Shown one piece after another: positions 1 to 8,694 of a stretch of 64,000 nt of DNA (the stretch's first letter is position 1; each line of letters opens with the position of its first letter). The stretch is from positions 22,727 to 86,726 of the forward strand of contig UQZJ01000001.1 of the NCBI GenBank assembly GCA_900545495.1, given 5' to 3'. The DNA is from an uncultured Eubacteriales bacterium. Lineage in GTDB: Bacteria > Bacillota > Clostridia > Oscillospirales > Oscillospiraceae. The notes below the pieces were generated by a model. It did no database searches, was not told the origin of the DNA, and saw nothing but the letters and a program-made list of their open reading frames with translations. The translations under genes were made by a program, and so were the position numbers.

Positions 1-740
1 TGGACGCGCTGGCCGCCCTGCCCTTCGGCATCATCGTGCTGCAAAGCGTCACCGCCAAGGGCTACGACAACAGCAAAAAACAGTTCCGGGTGGTCGGCGG
101 CTCCGCCATTCTGGCAGGCGTGCTCCTGCTGGCGGTGTACATGGGTCTTGCCTATCTGGGCGCCACCGTGTCCGGCCAGTACAACGGCACCATCGGCCGC
201 GCCCAGCTGGTCATGGCCATCGTGGAGGCGCTGATGGGCAAGGTGGGCATGATCCTGTTCGGCGTTGTCGTGGGTCTGGCCTGCGTCACCACCGCCATCG
301 CCCTGACCAGCTCCGCCGCCGCCTATTTCGCCGAGCTGTGCCGCGGCAAGGTGCCCTACAAGGCGTTCGTCATTGCCATCTGCGTGTTCAGCGCCGTGGT
401 GTCCAATCTGGGTCTTGACCGCATCGTGGCGGTGGCTGCCCCCGTGCTGGACGTCATCTACCCCCCCACGCTGGTGCTGATCTTCATCTCCCTGCTGATG
501 CCCCGGATGCCGGATCGCGTCAGCCGCGGCGCCTGCATCGGCGCGCTGATCACCAGTGTGCTTTGCACCCTCACCGCCCACGGCGTCAACATCCCCGTCG
601 TACCCAGTCTGCCGCTGTACGATCTGGGTCTGAGCTGGCTGATCCCCGCCGCCGTGTTCGGTCTGGCAGCGTCCCTGCTCCCCTTCCGCGCCCGCAGCCG
701 TGAGAAGCGCATCGTCCCGCTCCCCAACGAGGAGCATTGA
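1..740 (+). CDS. brnQ: Branched-chain amino acid transport system II carrier protein (LIVCS/BrnQ family), 5'-truncated at window edge
   Basis: Reading frame is open from nt 1. It is a polytopic membrane protein whose C-terminal part has helix spacing and motifs typical of BrnQ, ending ...RSREKRIVPLPNEEH. Stop at 738-740. Confidence 0.7.
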   Translation, partial: DALAALPFGIIVLQSVTAKGYDNSKKQFRVVGGSAILAGVLLLAVYMGLAYLGATVSGQYNGTIGRAQLVMAIVEALMGKVGMILFGVVVGLACVTTAIALTSSAAAYFAELCRGKVPYKAFVIAICVFSAVVSNLGLDRIVAVAAPVLDVIYPPTLVLIFISLLMPRMPDRVSRGACIGALITSVLCTLTAHGVNIPVVPSLPLYDLGLSWLIPAAVFGLAASLLPFRARSREKRIVPLPNEEH

Positions 741-884
741 TCTGATGTGACACTACCTTCCAAAGCAGGAGAATGTCCAATGGACATTCTCCTGCTTTTT
801 TCGCCCCATTCCGGTATCCTTAACGCGCCATTAGCGTCCAATGGGCGTATAATACGGCATCAACAGAAGAAACGGAGCGAGGTT

Positions 885-1805
885 ATGGATATTTGGAAGG
901 AACTGCGGGACGAGGGCATTGACCCGTCGCTGCTGGAGGAGATACAGCATTTTCGGGCGGCACACCCCGTACCGCCGGAGGCGGCGGCGCGCATTCCCAT
1001 ACCCCAGTGCCTCTACTACGGCAAGGAGGTCTGGGAGAGCGCGGCGGCGGCGCTGCTGTGCGGCCAGCACCTGCTGCTGGCAGGGCCGAAGGCCACCGGC
1101 AAGAACGTGCTGGCGGAGAATCTGGCCGCTGTATTCGGCCGCCCCGTGTGGGATGTGTCCATGTACGTCAACGTGGACGCCGCCGCCCTGATCGGCGCGG
1201 ACACCCTGCAAAAGGGCGAGGTGGTGTTCCGGGAGGGACCCATCTGCCGCTGCGCCCGGCTGGGCGGCTTCGGCGTGCTGGACGAGGTGAACATGGCCAA
1301 AAACGAGGCGCTGGCTGTGCTCCACGCCACGCTGGATCACCGGCGGGTCATCGATGTGCCGGGCTACGAGCGCATCACGCTGGACGACGCCACCCGCTTC
1401 ATCGGCACCATGAACTACGGCTACGCCGGTACCCGCGAGCTCAATGAGGCGCTGGTGTCCCGCTTCGCGGTGCTGGATATGCCGGTGATCTCCGATACCG
1501 ACCTGCAAAAGCTGCTGCGCCGCACGTTCCCTACCCTGTCGGCCAAGTGGGCGGAGCAGTTCGCCCTGCTGTTCCGCGACCTGCGGCAGAAGTGCGACAG
1601 CGGTGAGATCTCCACCAAGACGCTGGATCTCCGGGGCCTGCTGGCGACGCTGCGCCTGATGGAGACGGGCATCCCCTCCGGACAGGCCCTGAAGCTGGGC
1701 GTCATCAACAAGGCCTTTGAGCCCTTTGAGCGGCAGCTGGCCGCCGACACGGTCTGGGCGCGGATCCCGCAGGATCTCAGCGGCAGCCAGCTGTTCGGAG
1801 CGTAA
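885..1805 (+). CDS. MoxR-like AAA+ ATPase (AAA_5; NorQ/CbbQ/CoxD/CobS-like)
   Basis: ATG at 885 is preceded by GGAGCGAGG. Walker A-like LLAGPKATGKN, Walker B GVLDEVN, and sensor/Arg-finger region NYGYAGTRELNEALVSRF. About 306 aa, typical for the MoxR subfamily. The 46 in-frame codons upstream of Met885 have no start signal. Confidence 0.8.
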   Translation: MDIWKELRDEGIDPSLLEEIQHFRAAHPVPPEAAARIPIPQCLYYGKEVWESAAAALLCGQHLLLAGPKATGKNVLAENLAAVFGRPVWDVSMYVNVDAAALIGADTLQKGEVVFREGPICRCARLGGFGVLDEVNMAKNEALAVLHATLDHRRVIDVPGYERITLDDATRFIGTMNYGYAGTRELNEALVSRFAVLDMPVISDTDLQKLLRRTFPTLSAKWAEQFALLFRDLRQKCDSGEISTKTLDLRGLLATLRLMETGIPSGQALKLGVINKAFEPFERQLAADTVWARIPQDLSGSQLFGA

Positions 1806-1806
1806 C

Positions 1807-3504
1807 ATGGAGCGGCAGGAATTACAGAACCGCCGGGCGGTCAACCAGATCTGGAACGGCGCAGGGCGCTACGATGTACAGCCGGAGCAGGCCGCCTTCG
1901 ACGAGGGCGGCGACCCGGAGCTGTATCTGAACACAGTGATGGGTCTTGCCCGCCGGGACTACGACTTTGCCCGCTTCCAGCCCATGCTCCATGCCTTTCA
2001 GCAGCAGCCGCAGGGCGGGCTGTACAGCGACATCTTCTGGCTGGGGCTGGAGCACGCCGTCTACGAAAAGGAATCGCCCCGCCGTCCGGCGCTGGAGGCG
2101 CTGCGGCGGCAGCACGCCCGCCGTCTGTTAGTGGAGAGCGGTGAGGCCGGCGACCCCCGGCAGATCCCGGCGCTGCGCCGTATCTGGGCGTCCCGGGTGC
2201 TGGGGCAGCCCCATACGGAGGACGACTGGCAGACGGCCCTGCTGGACGAGCTGGCCTTCGCCCCTGAGCTGGATGAGCAGCAGCTGATCCACCGGACGGA
2301 GGAGCTGCTGTATCGGTACTTCCGGCGGGCGCGGCGCAGCGTCACCGACCGCCAGTGGGCGGCGTGGGCGGGGCGCTCCCTGACAAAGGGCGGCGGTGTG
2401 CGGTTCATCAAACCCAACGCCCTGCGGGCGCTGTCCCACACGGACAGCGGCGGCGGTGCAGGACAAGCGCCAAAGTTCCTGTCATTTTTGCAGGGCCGCA
2501 CACCGGAGCCGATTTTGCGCCGCTATGTGGAGGACTGCTTCGGCGTGTCTATGCTGACGCCATCGGAGCTGGCGGAGGCGGAGCGCCTGCTGTGTACCGG
2601 CGTCCACAAAAACTGCCGCCTGCACTTTACCAAGGGCACGCCGCCGGATCGTCCCCCCGCCCCCAACGCGGCGTGGGACGCGGAGCACTTCCAGCAGCAG
2701 CGTGCCAAAAACCGTGCCTACTATCAGGCACACCTCGCCGAGAACCAGATGACCCTCCACCAGCTGACACAGAAGCTGCAAAATGTCCTGCTGCTGCGGC
2801 AGGATGACGGCGGCGCAGGGGCGCGGGCAGGCCGCTTGCAGCCCGGACTGGCGTGGCGCGCCGCCGCGCTGGACGACGAACAGATTTTTCTCCGCCGCAG
2901 TCCCGACGAGCCGGAGGAGCTGTCGGTGGACATCCTGCTGGACGGCTCCGCCTCCCAGAACCTCCAGCAGGAGAAGCTGGCCACCCAGGCCTACCTCATC
3001 GCGGAGAGCCTCACCCGCTGCCATATCCCGGTGCGGGTCAGCTTCTTCTGCTCCGTCAGCGGCTGCACGGTGCTTCGGATCCTCCGAGACTTCGGCCATC
3101 CGGAGGAGAACGACGCCTGCTTTGACTACACCGCCGCCGGATGGAACCGGGACGGTCTGGCGCTGCGGGCCATGGGCTGGCTCATGCGCCGCAGCACCGA
3201 GCCGAACCGGCTGCTGCTTCTGCTGTCCGACGCCAGTCCCAACGACGACCAGCGCATCCCCATCGGCGCGCTGCCGCTGGGCGGGTTTGCGTACAGCGGG
3301 AAGCGGGGCGTGGAGGACGCCGCCGGGGAGACAGCCGTTCTCCGGCGGCAGGGCATCCGCCCCGTGTGCATCTTCACCGGCTCCGATCAGGAGCTGGACA
3401 ACGCCCGGCGCATCTACGGCGCGGCGCTGGAGCGCATCCCCACTGCCGGATGGCTGGCGGACGCGGTCAGCCGCCTGCTGTGCGCCCAGCTCACCCGCAC
3501 ATAA
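1807..3504 (+). CDS. VWA-domain protein (NorD/CbbO/CoxE-like partner of the AAA+ ATPase)
   Basis: ATG at 1807 lies 1 nt after the ATPase stop, so the two are translationally coupled. The C-terminal VWA domain carries the MIDAS motif DILLDGSASQ (DxSxS) plus downstream T and D residues. The N-terminal ~380 aa are helical. The pair architecture matches NorQ/NorD and CbbQ/CbbO. Confidence 0.75.
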   Translation: MERQELQNRRAVNQIWNGAGRYDVQPEQAAFDEGGDPELYLNTVMGLARRDYDFARFQPMLHAFQQQPQGGLYSDIFWLGLEHAVYEKESPRRPALEALRRQHARRLLVESGEAGDPRQIPALRRIWASRVLGQPHTEDDWQTALLDELAFAPELDEQQLIHRTEELLYRYFRRARRSVTDRQWAAWAGRSLTKGGGVRFIKPNALRALSHTDSGGGAGQAPKFLSFLQGRTPEPILRRYVEDCFGVSMLTPSELAEAERLLCTGVHKNCRLHFTKGTPPDRPPAPNAAWDAEHFQQQRAKNRAYYQAHLAENQMTLHQLTQKLQNVLLLRQDDGGAGARAGRLQPGLAWRAAALDDEQIFLRRSPDEPEELSVDILLDGSASQNLQQEKLATQAYLIAESLTRCHIPVRVSFFCSVSGCTVLRILRDFGHPEENDACFDYTAAGWNRDGLALRAMGWLMRRSTEPNRLLLLLSDASPNDDQRIPIGALPLGGFAYSGKRGVEDAAGETAVLRRQGIRPVCIFTGSDQELDNARRIYGAALERIPTAGWLADAVSRLLCAQLTRT

Positions 3505-3506
3505 AA

Positions 3507-3545
3507 ACACACCGCTTGGCGCTACCAAGCGGTGTGTTTTTCTAT
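3507..3545. terminator. Bidirectional rho-independent terminator between convergent genes
   Basis: Perfect inverted repeat ACACACCGCTTGG-cgcta-CCAAGCGGTGTGT flanked by AAAAA and TTTTT. Confidence 0.8.
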
Positions 3546-3570
3546 CAGAGCAGGCGGCCGTGCCGGTCTG

Positions 3571-4455
3571 TCAACCGCCGCAATGTCCCTCCGGCAGATC
3601 TCCCCCGTACAGGGCGCGGCGCAGGGCGGCAATATGCGCCGCCGTGGTACCGCAGCAGCCGCCGAAGATCATCACGCCGCTGTCCAGCATGGCGGGTACG
3701 CAGGCGGCAAACGCCTCCGGTGAGCAATCGTACACCGCCCGGCCATCCACCATAACGGGCAGCCCTGCGCTGGGCTTGGCGATCAGCGGCACACGCGCAT
3801 ACGCCCGCAGCCGCCGGAGCTGGGGCAGCATCTGCGCCCCGGTGGAGCAGTTCAGGCCAAAGGCGTCGATGCCCATGTCCTGCAAAACGGTAAGAGCGGC
3901 GGTGATATCAGTGCCGGAGATGCTGCGGCCGTTCTCGTCGCAGGCGAAGGTGACAAAGATCGGCTTGTCGGTGACGGCGCGGACAGCCAGTACCGCGGCC
4001 CGGGCGTCGGACAGGGAGATCATCGTCTCGATGACGTACAGATCCACACCGGCTGCCTCCAGTCCGGCCACCTGCTGGGCGTAGGCATCCACCAGCCGCT
4101 CAAAGGTGGCGTCTCCCCGCGGCGGCGGAAGAAACAGCCCCGTGGGGGCCATGTCGCCGGCCACCAGCGCTCTGCCGCCGGCAGCCTCCCGGGTCAGGGC
4201 CGCCAGACGGCGGTTGTACGCCGCCACATCTTCCGTCACGCCGTGGGCTGCCAGCCTGACGGCGTTGCCGCCGAAGGTGGGCGTATACAGCACCTGGCTG
4301 CCCGCATCCACATAGCCGCGCTGGAGCTCCCGAATGCAGTCCGGGTGCGCCAGCGTCCACTTCTCCATGCTGATGTCGCCGGTATAGCCGCGCCGTTGCA
4401 GCTCCGTACCGGTTGCGCCGTCCAGAATCAGGGGAAAGTGAAGTTCCATATCCAT
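3571..4455 (-). CDS. Homocysteine S-methyltransferase domain protein (MmuM / MetH Hcy-binding-domain-like)
   Basis: MDMELHFPLILDGATGTELQRRG is the characteristic N-terminus of the Hcy S-methyltransferase family. The conserved Zn-binding Cys residues appear as ...FGLNCSTGA and ...FGGCCGTT. GGAGG lies upstream of the ATG at 4455. Confidence 0.75.
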   Translation of the reverse strand: MDMELHFPLILDGATGTELQRRGYTGDISMEKWTLAHPDCIRELQRGYVDAGSQVLYTPTFGGNAVRLAAHGVTEDVAAYNRRLAALTREAAGGRALVAGDMAPTGLFLPPPRGDATFERLVDAYAQQVAGLEAAGVDLYVIETMISLSDARAAVLAVRAVTDKPIFVTFACDENGRSISGTDITAALTVLQDMGIDAFGLNCSTGAQMLPQLRRLRAYARVPLIAKPSAGLPVMVDGRAVYDCSPEAFAACVPAMLDSGVMIFGGCCGTTAAHIAALRRALYGGDLPEGHCGG

Positions 4456-4582
4456 ACCTCCACGGTGCCAGCGCCGCATGACGGAAAAGGGCGGCGTCTT
4501 CATACAATATCACTACTTTACGGAGGATCGGGGCGCTTTGTCAAGGGGCATTGTGCGCCGCAGCGCCGCCATGACAGCAAAA

Positions 4583-4617
4583 CCCGCCCTCTGCCTTGCG
4601 GCAGGGGCGGGTTTCAT
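4583..4617 (-). terminator. Rho-independent terminator downstream of the cadherin-like gene
   Basis: Hairpin AACCCGCCCCTGCC-gcaa-GGCAGAGGGCGGGTT followed by a T-rich tract on the minus strand. Confidence 0.6.
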
Positions 4618-4621
4618 ACAA

Positions 4622-6247
4622 TCACATATCGTGGATATCCTTCAGAAGATCCTCCAGTGACATGGTGCGGACATCCTCCTCGTCCTTGGACATGGGCTCC
4701 TCCGCCAGCGTCTTTTCCACCGTATCCTCCATCGCGGGGAAGTCCGGGGCAGACGCCGCCGGTGTCGCCTTAGGCGCGGGAGCTGCCGCGGGTGCATCGT
4801 CATCCAGCGGGATATCGAAGTCCTTCCAGTCTCGGGGTGTCGGCGCGGCCTTTTTCGCCGGTGCCTCCTCCCGGGGTACGATGCGAGGCACAGAGCGGGG
4901 ACGCTCCGGCGTGTGCCGCTCCTCCTGCCGCCGGTCACGGTCATCCCTGTCATGCCGCCGGCGGTCATGGCGATCGCGGGGATCGTCTCCTCTGTCGGGG
5001 CCGTCCGGGCCATCGTCATCGTCTCCGCCGCCGGTGCTGCGTCCGATCAGCAGTCCCAGCAGGAACAGCAGGATCAATGCCAGCACCACGCCGCCGCCGA
5101 TGGCGACAACAGTGCGTACCTCACCCAGCAGGGGCAGCTTGACATCCAGCGGGATCTTGAGCATGGGAGCCTCCGGCTCCGGTTCGGGCTCCGGCTCCGG
5201 CTCAGGCTCCGGGAGGGAGACGTTCGGCACCGTGCCGGTATACTGCGGCATCCGGAGGACATGGACGGTGTACTCCTTTTTGGTGACCCGGTCTTCGGCG
5301 GTGCAGGTGACGACAAGGGCGTTGTCCCCCTCCTTCTCAATGGCCACCTCGCCTGTGCCGCCAATGCCGTGTGCTTTGCTGTCATTGGCGGCAGCGGCCA
5401 GCTTCACGGTTTTCGTCTCAAAGGGGACGTACACGATGTAATCCGTGACCGTGCTGCTGAACGCGGGACTGAGGCTGACGCCCTCCACCGTCAACTCCGA
5501 CAGCGAGGCGTCGGTGGACGGCTTGTAGTTGGGATCCTGCTCCCGGGTGGCCTCGATCACATAGCTTTTCGTTTTGCCGTTGGCCGCCGTGACCTTCAGT
5601 GTCACGGTGTTGACGCCCACCGCCAGCTCCGTACCGCTGATGGAGACGCTCTGCCCCTTGTCGGCGCGGTTATAATCCAGACTCAGCTTGGACACGCTGT
5701 AAGGAACCTTGGTGGTGTAGTACGTCGTATCGGGGGAAAAAGCCGGGGACAGGGTGAAGTTGCCGCACATGATGGCGGACAGGGAGCAGTTGTCGCTGGG
5801 CGCAGCGCCCACGCTGCCCGACCAGCTGGCGGTGCCGAGCTCCAGATCCTTCTCGCCGTCAGACGCCACAATGTTTTCGAATTTGGCGGACAGCGCCGCA
5901 CCGGGCTGGGCGCCCGATGCCACCTTCAGCGTCACGGTGATGACTCCGCCGCTGGCGCTGTTGGTGCCGTACACGCTGAAGCGGTTCTGGTTCACCAGAA
6001 TGCTCCAGCCGCTGACAGAGCAGCTGTAATTGGTGAAGGTCAGGCCCTCGCCGCAGTTGAGATCCGCCGTCAGGCCGTAGATCTTGCTGTCCACCGACAG
6101 CGTCAGCGTCACGGAGTTACCCGGCTGCACGCTGCTGCTGCCGGTGAGAGACGCACCCGCGGCATAGGCCGTCCGGGGCAGCGCCGATACCACGATCAGC
6201 AGCGCCGCTGCCATGGACAAAACGGCACGGAACAGTTTCTTTTTCAT
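4622..6247 (-). CDS. Type I membrane protein with two cadherin-like beta-sandwich domains, a (PE)6 linker, one TM helix and a charged cytoplasmic tail
   Basis: Signal peptide MKKKLFRAVLSMAAALLIVVSALPRTAYA. Two repeats follow with the cadherin-like signature (L.ELTV.GVSLSPAFS..VTDY.V.V). Then PEPEPEPEPEPE, a TM helix (VVAIGGGVVLALILLFLLGLLIG), and a tail rich in D/R/H (DRHDRRRHDRDDRDRRQEERH). GGGAGG is 7 nt upstream of the ATG. Confidence 0.7.
   Translation of the reverse strand: MKKKLFRAVLSMAAALLIVVSALPRTAYAAGASLTGSSSVQPGNSVTLTLSVDSKIYGLTADLNCGEGLTFTNYSCSVSGWSILVNQNRFSVYGTNSASGGVITVTLKVASGAQPGAALSAKFENIVASDGEKDLELGTASWSGSVGAAPSDNCSLSAIMCGNFTLSPAFSPDTTYYTTKVPYSVSKLSLDYNRADKGQSVSISGTELAVGVNTVTLKVTAANGKTKSYVIEATREQDPNYKPSTDASLSELTVEGVSLSPAFSSTVTDYIVYVPFETKTVKLAAAANDSKAHGIGGTGEVAIEKEGDNALVVTCTAEDRVTKKEYTVHVLRMPQYTGTVPNVSLPEPEPEPEPEPEPEAPMLKIPLDVKLPLLGEVRTVVAIGGGVVLALILLFLLGLLIGRSTGGGDDDDGPDGPDRGDDPRDRHDRRRHDRDDRDRRQEERHTPERPRSVPRIVPREEAPAKKAAPTPRDWKDFDIPLDDDAPAAAPAPKATPAASAPDFPAMEDTVEKTLAEEPMSKDEEDVRTMSLEDLLKDIHDM
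5168..5212 (-). repeat. Hexanucleotide tandem repeat (CCGGAG-like)n encoding (Pro-Glu)6
   Basis: Plus strand reads ggctccggttcgggctccggctccggctcaggctccgg. It is in-frame within the cadherin-like gene. Confidence 0.8.
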
Positions 6248-6261
6248 GAGCTACCTCCCAC

Positions 6262-8694
6262 TCAGATGGTGCGCTGGCCCACTGTGACCTGCGCAGCCTG
6301 TACCACGTCGGTGATGGTGATGCGGCCGTCGCCGTTGATGTCACCGGCCATCATAGCGGCCTCGTCCAAGTCACCGGCATTGGCGGCGTAATTTTGCAGC
6401 TTGACCACATCGGTGATGGTGATGCGGCCGTCGCCGTTGACATCGCCGGTGACCACGATGGTCAGGCTGGTGCTGCCGCTGACGGCGGTCATGCCCGTAC
6501 CCACATAGCCGGAGGTGACCTCTTGCTTGCCGCTGTACACGGTGTAGCCCGAGTCGTTCAGACTCTTGACGGAGGTCTCCGGCGCGATACCGGTCAGGAA
6601 CCCGCCGGAGGGCTTGGTGGGATCGGCGGGCGTACCGCCGCCCTCGGCCTTGGCGGTCTTGTTGAACTGGGCGGTGTAGGTGATGTCCTTCGTTCCCATA
6701 TAGGTGGCGCCTGCCACGAAGGCCTCGCCGCTCTGATCCGTCCACTGCTTGAAGCTGTAGGTGTACTTGCTGTCCGCCGCCTTCACCGGGTTGGCGGGCG
6801 CCTTGATGAGGTCGCCCTTGGCCAGCTTGAAAGTGCGGACTGCCTTGCCGTCCACCTCAAAGGTGACAGTGTGGAGGTCGTCGAACCGGGCGTACAGCGT
6901 GTGGTTGGAGGCAGCCACCGGGGTGTTGGCCGAGACCTCGGTGCCGTCCTCGCGGAACCAGCCCTGGAAACCGGCCTCGTCCACCGTGGGCAGCTCGCCG
7001 TAGGTGTTGGTCAGGTTATATACACGGCTCTCGATCACCGTGTCGCCCACCTGGAAGGAGATAACGTATTCCTCATCGGTGAACTCGCCGGGGACCTGAT
7101 TCGGGTTTAGATCCACCACAAAGCGCTTTTCCGCCAGCTTGACGGTACCGGCGCTGTTGGTGCCGGTGATCGTCAGCGTATAGGAGCCGGTGGTGAGCTT
7201 ACTGAACGTACAGTCGCTGTCCAGCTCCCACAGGTCGAATTGGTAGGCGGTGCCCCGAATGTTCTTGGAGACATTGAACCCGCTGCTGCCATCGCTGGAG
7301 ACGGCTTTCACCGTGATATTGGAGATAGGGAGGCTGCTGGTCACCACACCGCGCAGGGGGTAGGAGGAATAGTTTGACAGCAGCTCTGTGGTATACCCCT
7401 CGCTGCCGGGGAAGAATGCCCCCTCCAGCCCCCACACGCTGCCGATGGCAGTGATCTGGAGACGGCTGGCGGCCTTTTTATCCTTGGTGAGGGAAACGCC
7501 CTTGTCCTCCAGAAGCAGGTAGCGGCCGGTGGCGCGGTTTTGCAGACAATAGGGCGCGTCGCCCACCAGCGCCCACATCTGCTCGTTGCCGGCGGTGGGC
7601 GCGGCCAGCGTCACCTTGCCGCTGCCGTCGGCCAGACGGCGGTTATTGATGGACAGGGTGTAGTAGCCGCTGTCGTAGTAGGTGAACTGAAACCCTCCGG
7701 CAGAGGCGGCGCCGGTCAGTCCGGAGAGATCGGCGGCCAGCGCCTGGCTGGTGGCGCCGTGGAGCGAAATGCGGTAATCGCCATTGGGCAGCGGCGCATC
7801 GGTGTTTTGGTACAGCATCACAACGGCGTCCGCCGGTTCATTGATGTGCAGGCGGGCGTAGACGCTGAGCTGCACATCGCCGGAGCTGCCGACGAAGTAG
7901 GCCATCGTCTGGCCGGCGACGCCGTACTTCCCTGCTGTGCTGCCAGACATCCGTCTTTCCAAATTGGAGGAGGGGTTTTTGTCCAGCTTGCTGCACTCGG
8001 CGTAGATGGCCTGAATGATCTCCGCCTCGCTCTGGTTTTTGAAGCCGCCCAGCGCGTCGAAGGCGCGGAGGATGACACCGGTGGCGCCGCTGCGGCCATC
8101 GCTGCTGTTGGCGCCGCGGATCACACCGGCGCCGTGGTGTACGCTGCGGCTCCAGAACACGTTGCGCAGTGCCAGCGAGTAGTCTGCGATGTCAAAGGAG
8201 GGGACGGCGGACTTGATGTTGGCCAAGAGATCCGCATAGGCGTGGGTCTCCCAGAAGTCCTTCTGGGACTGGGTGAACTCGCTTGTGTAGGATTCTGCTA
8301 CCCGTTCCCATGTGGCATCGAAATTGCTGCCGTAGCCGGGAGAGTATTTCCCCGCCTGGTTATAGGCATAGGCGTTGTACAGCGTATCACCCATATCCCG
8401 GTAAATGGAGCCTTCCTTGAACTCCTGCAGCCACTTGATGAAGCTCAGCGGCGTTCCGGCCTTGCTGGCAAACATATAAATGCCGTAGGACTTGCCGCCG
8501 GGATCGCCGGGTACCGTGGAGATACGTCCCGGATTGGCGCTGTTGCCCGTCTCGTAGTACTGGCTCAGATCGCCCAGACCGGCGCCCGTCCAGTTCTTGC
8601 TGGCGGCCATCAGCGCGGTGGCCAGCAGACCCAGCACCAGCGCGGCGGTCAGCGCGATCGCGGTTCCTCGTTTCATCCTTTTCATTACATACAC
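6262..8694 (-). CDS. Secreted multidomain protein: GH46/lysozyme-like N-terminal domain, ricin-B-like beta-trefoil, Ig-like repeats and a C-terminal type I dockerin
   Basis: Signal peptide present. The N-terminal block ...YETGNSANPGRISTVPGDPGGKSYGIYMF... aligns with the catalytic Glu/Asp region of GH46 chitosanases (E...IGDGRGYTGGIIGF). A QxW motif region reads NEQMWAL...CLQNRATGRYLL. The two C-terminal repeats VNGDGRITITDVV and INGDGRITITDVV are canonical dockerin Ca-binding loops. The choice between Met1, Met4 and Met7 as start is ambiguous. Confidence 0.7.
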   Translation of the reverse strand: MYVMKRMKRGTAIALTAALVLGLLATALMAASKNWTGAGLGDLSQYYETGNSANPGRISTVPGDPGGKSYGIYMFASKAGTPLSFIKWLQEFKEGSIYRDMGDTLYNAYAYNQAGKYSPGYGSNFDATWERVAESYTSEFTQSQKDFWETHAYADLLANIKSAVPSFDIADYSLALRNVFWSRSVHHGAGVIRGANSSDGRSGATGVILRAFDALGGFKNQSEAEIIQAIYAECSKLDKNPSSNLERRMSGSTAGKYGVAGQTMAYFVGSSGDVQLSVYARLHINEPADAVVMLYQNTDAPLPNGDYRISLHGATSQALAADLSGLTGAASAGGFQFTYYDSGYYTLSINNRRLADGSGKVTLAAPTAGNEQMWALVGDAPYCLQNRATGRYLLLEDKGVSLTKDKKAASRLQITAIGSVWGLEGAFFPGSEGYTTELLSNYSSYPLRGVVTSSLPISNITVKAVSSDGSSGFNVSKNIRGTAYQFDLWELDSDCTFSKLTTGSYTLTITGTNSAGTVKLAEKRFVVDLNPNQVPGEFTDEEYVISFQVGDTVIESRVYNLTNTYGELPTVDEAGFQGWFREDGTEVSANTPVAASNHTLYARFDDLHTVTFEVDGKAVRTFKLAKGDLIKAPANPVKAADSKYTYSFKQWTDQSGEAFVAGATYMGTKDITYTAQFNKTAKAEGGGTPADPTKPSGGFLTGIAPETSVKSLNDSGYTVYSGKQEVTSGYVGTGMTAVSGSTSLTIVVTGDVNGDGRITITDVVKLQNYAANAGDLDEAAMMAGDINGDGRITITDVVQAAQVTVGQRTI
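6310..6449 (-). repeat. Duplicated dockerin repeat segments (about 47 nt, two copies 93 nt apart)
   Basis: accacgtcggtgatggtgatgcggccgtcgccgttgatgtcaccggc is nearly identical to accacatcggtgatggtgatgcggccgtcgccgttgacatcgccggt. Confidence 0.8.

Noticed and set aside
747-884. N-terminal extension of the AAA+ ATPase ORF (46 codons)
   Set aside because: No start codon with RBS. It begins right after the brnQ stop. Met885 has a proper SD.
885-1805. Possibility that the AAA+ protein is a catalytically dead pseudo-ATPase because Walker A ends GKN
   Set aside because: Walker B, sensor and Arg-finger residues are intact, and a single position is insufficient evidence. Reported only as an oddity.
5168-5212. 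Short direct repeats considered as possible CRISPR or minisatellite
   Set aside because: It is a 6-nt coding repeat inside a gene with no spacers. No CRISPR array was seen anywhere in the window.
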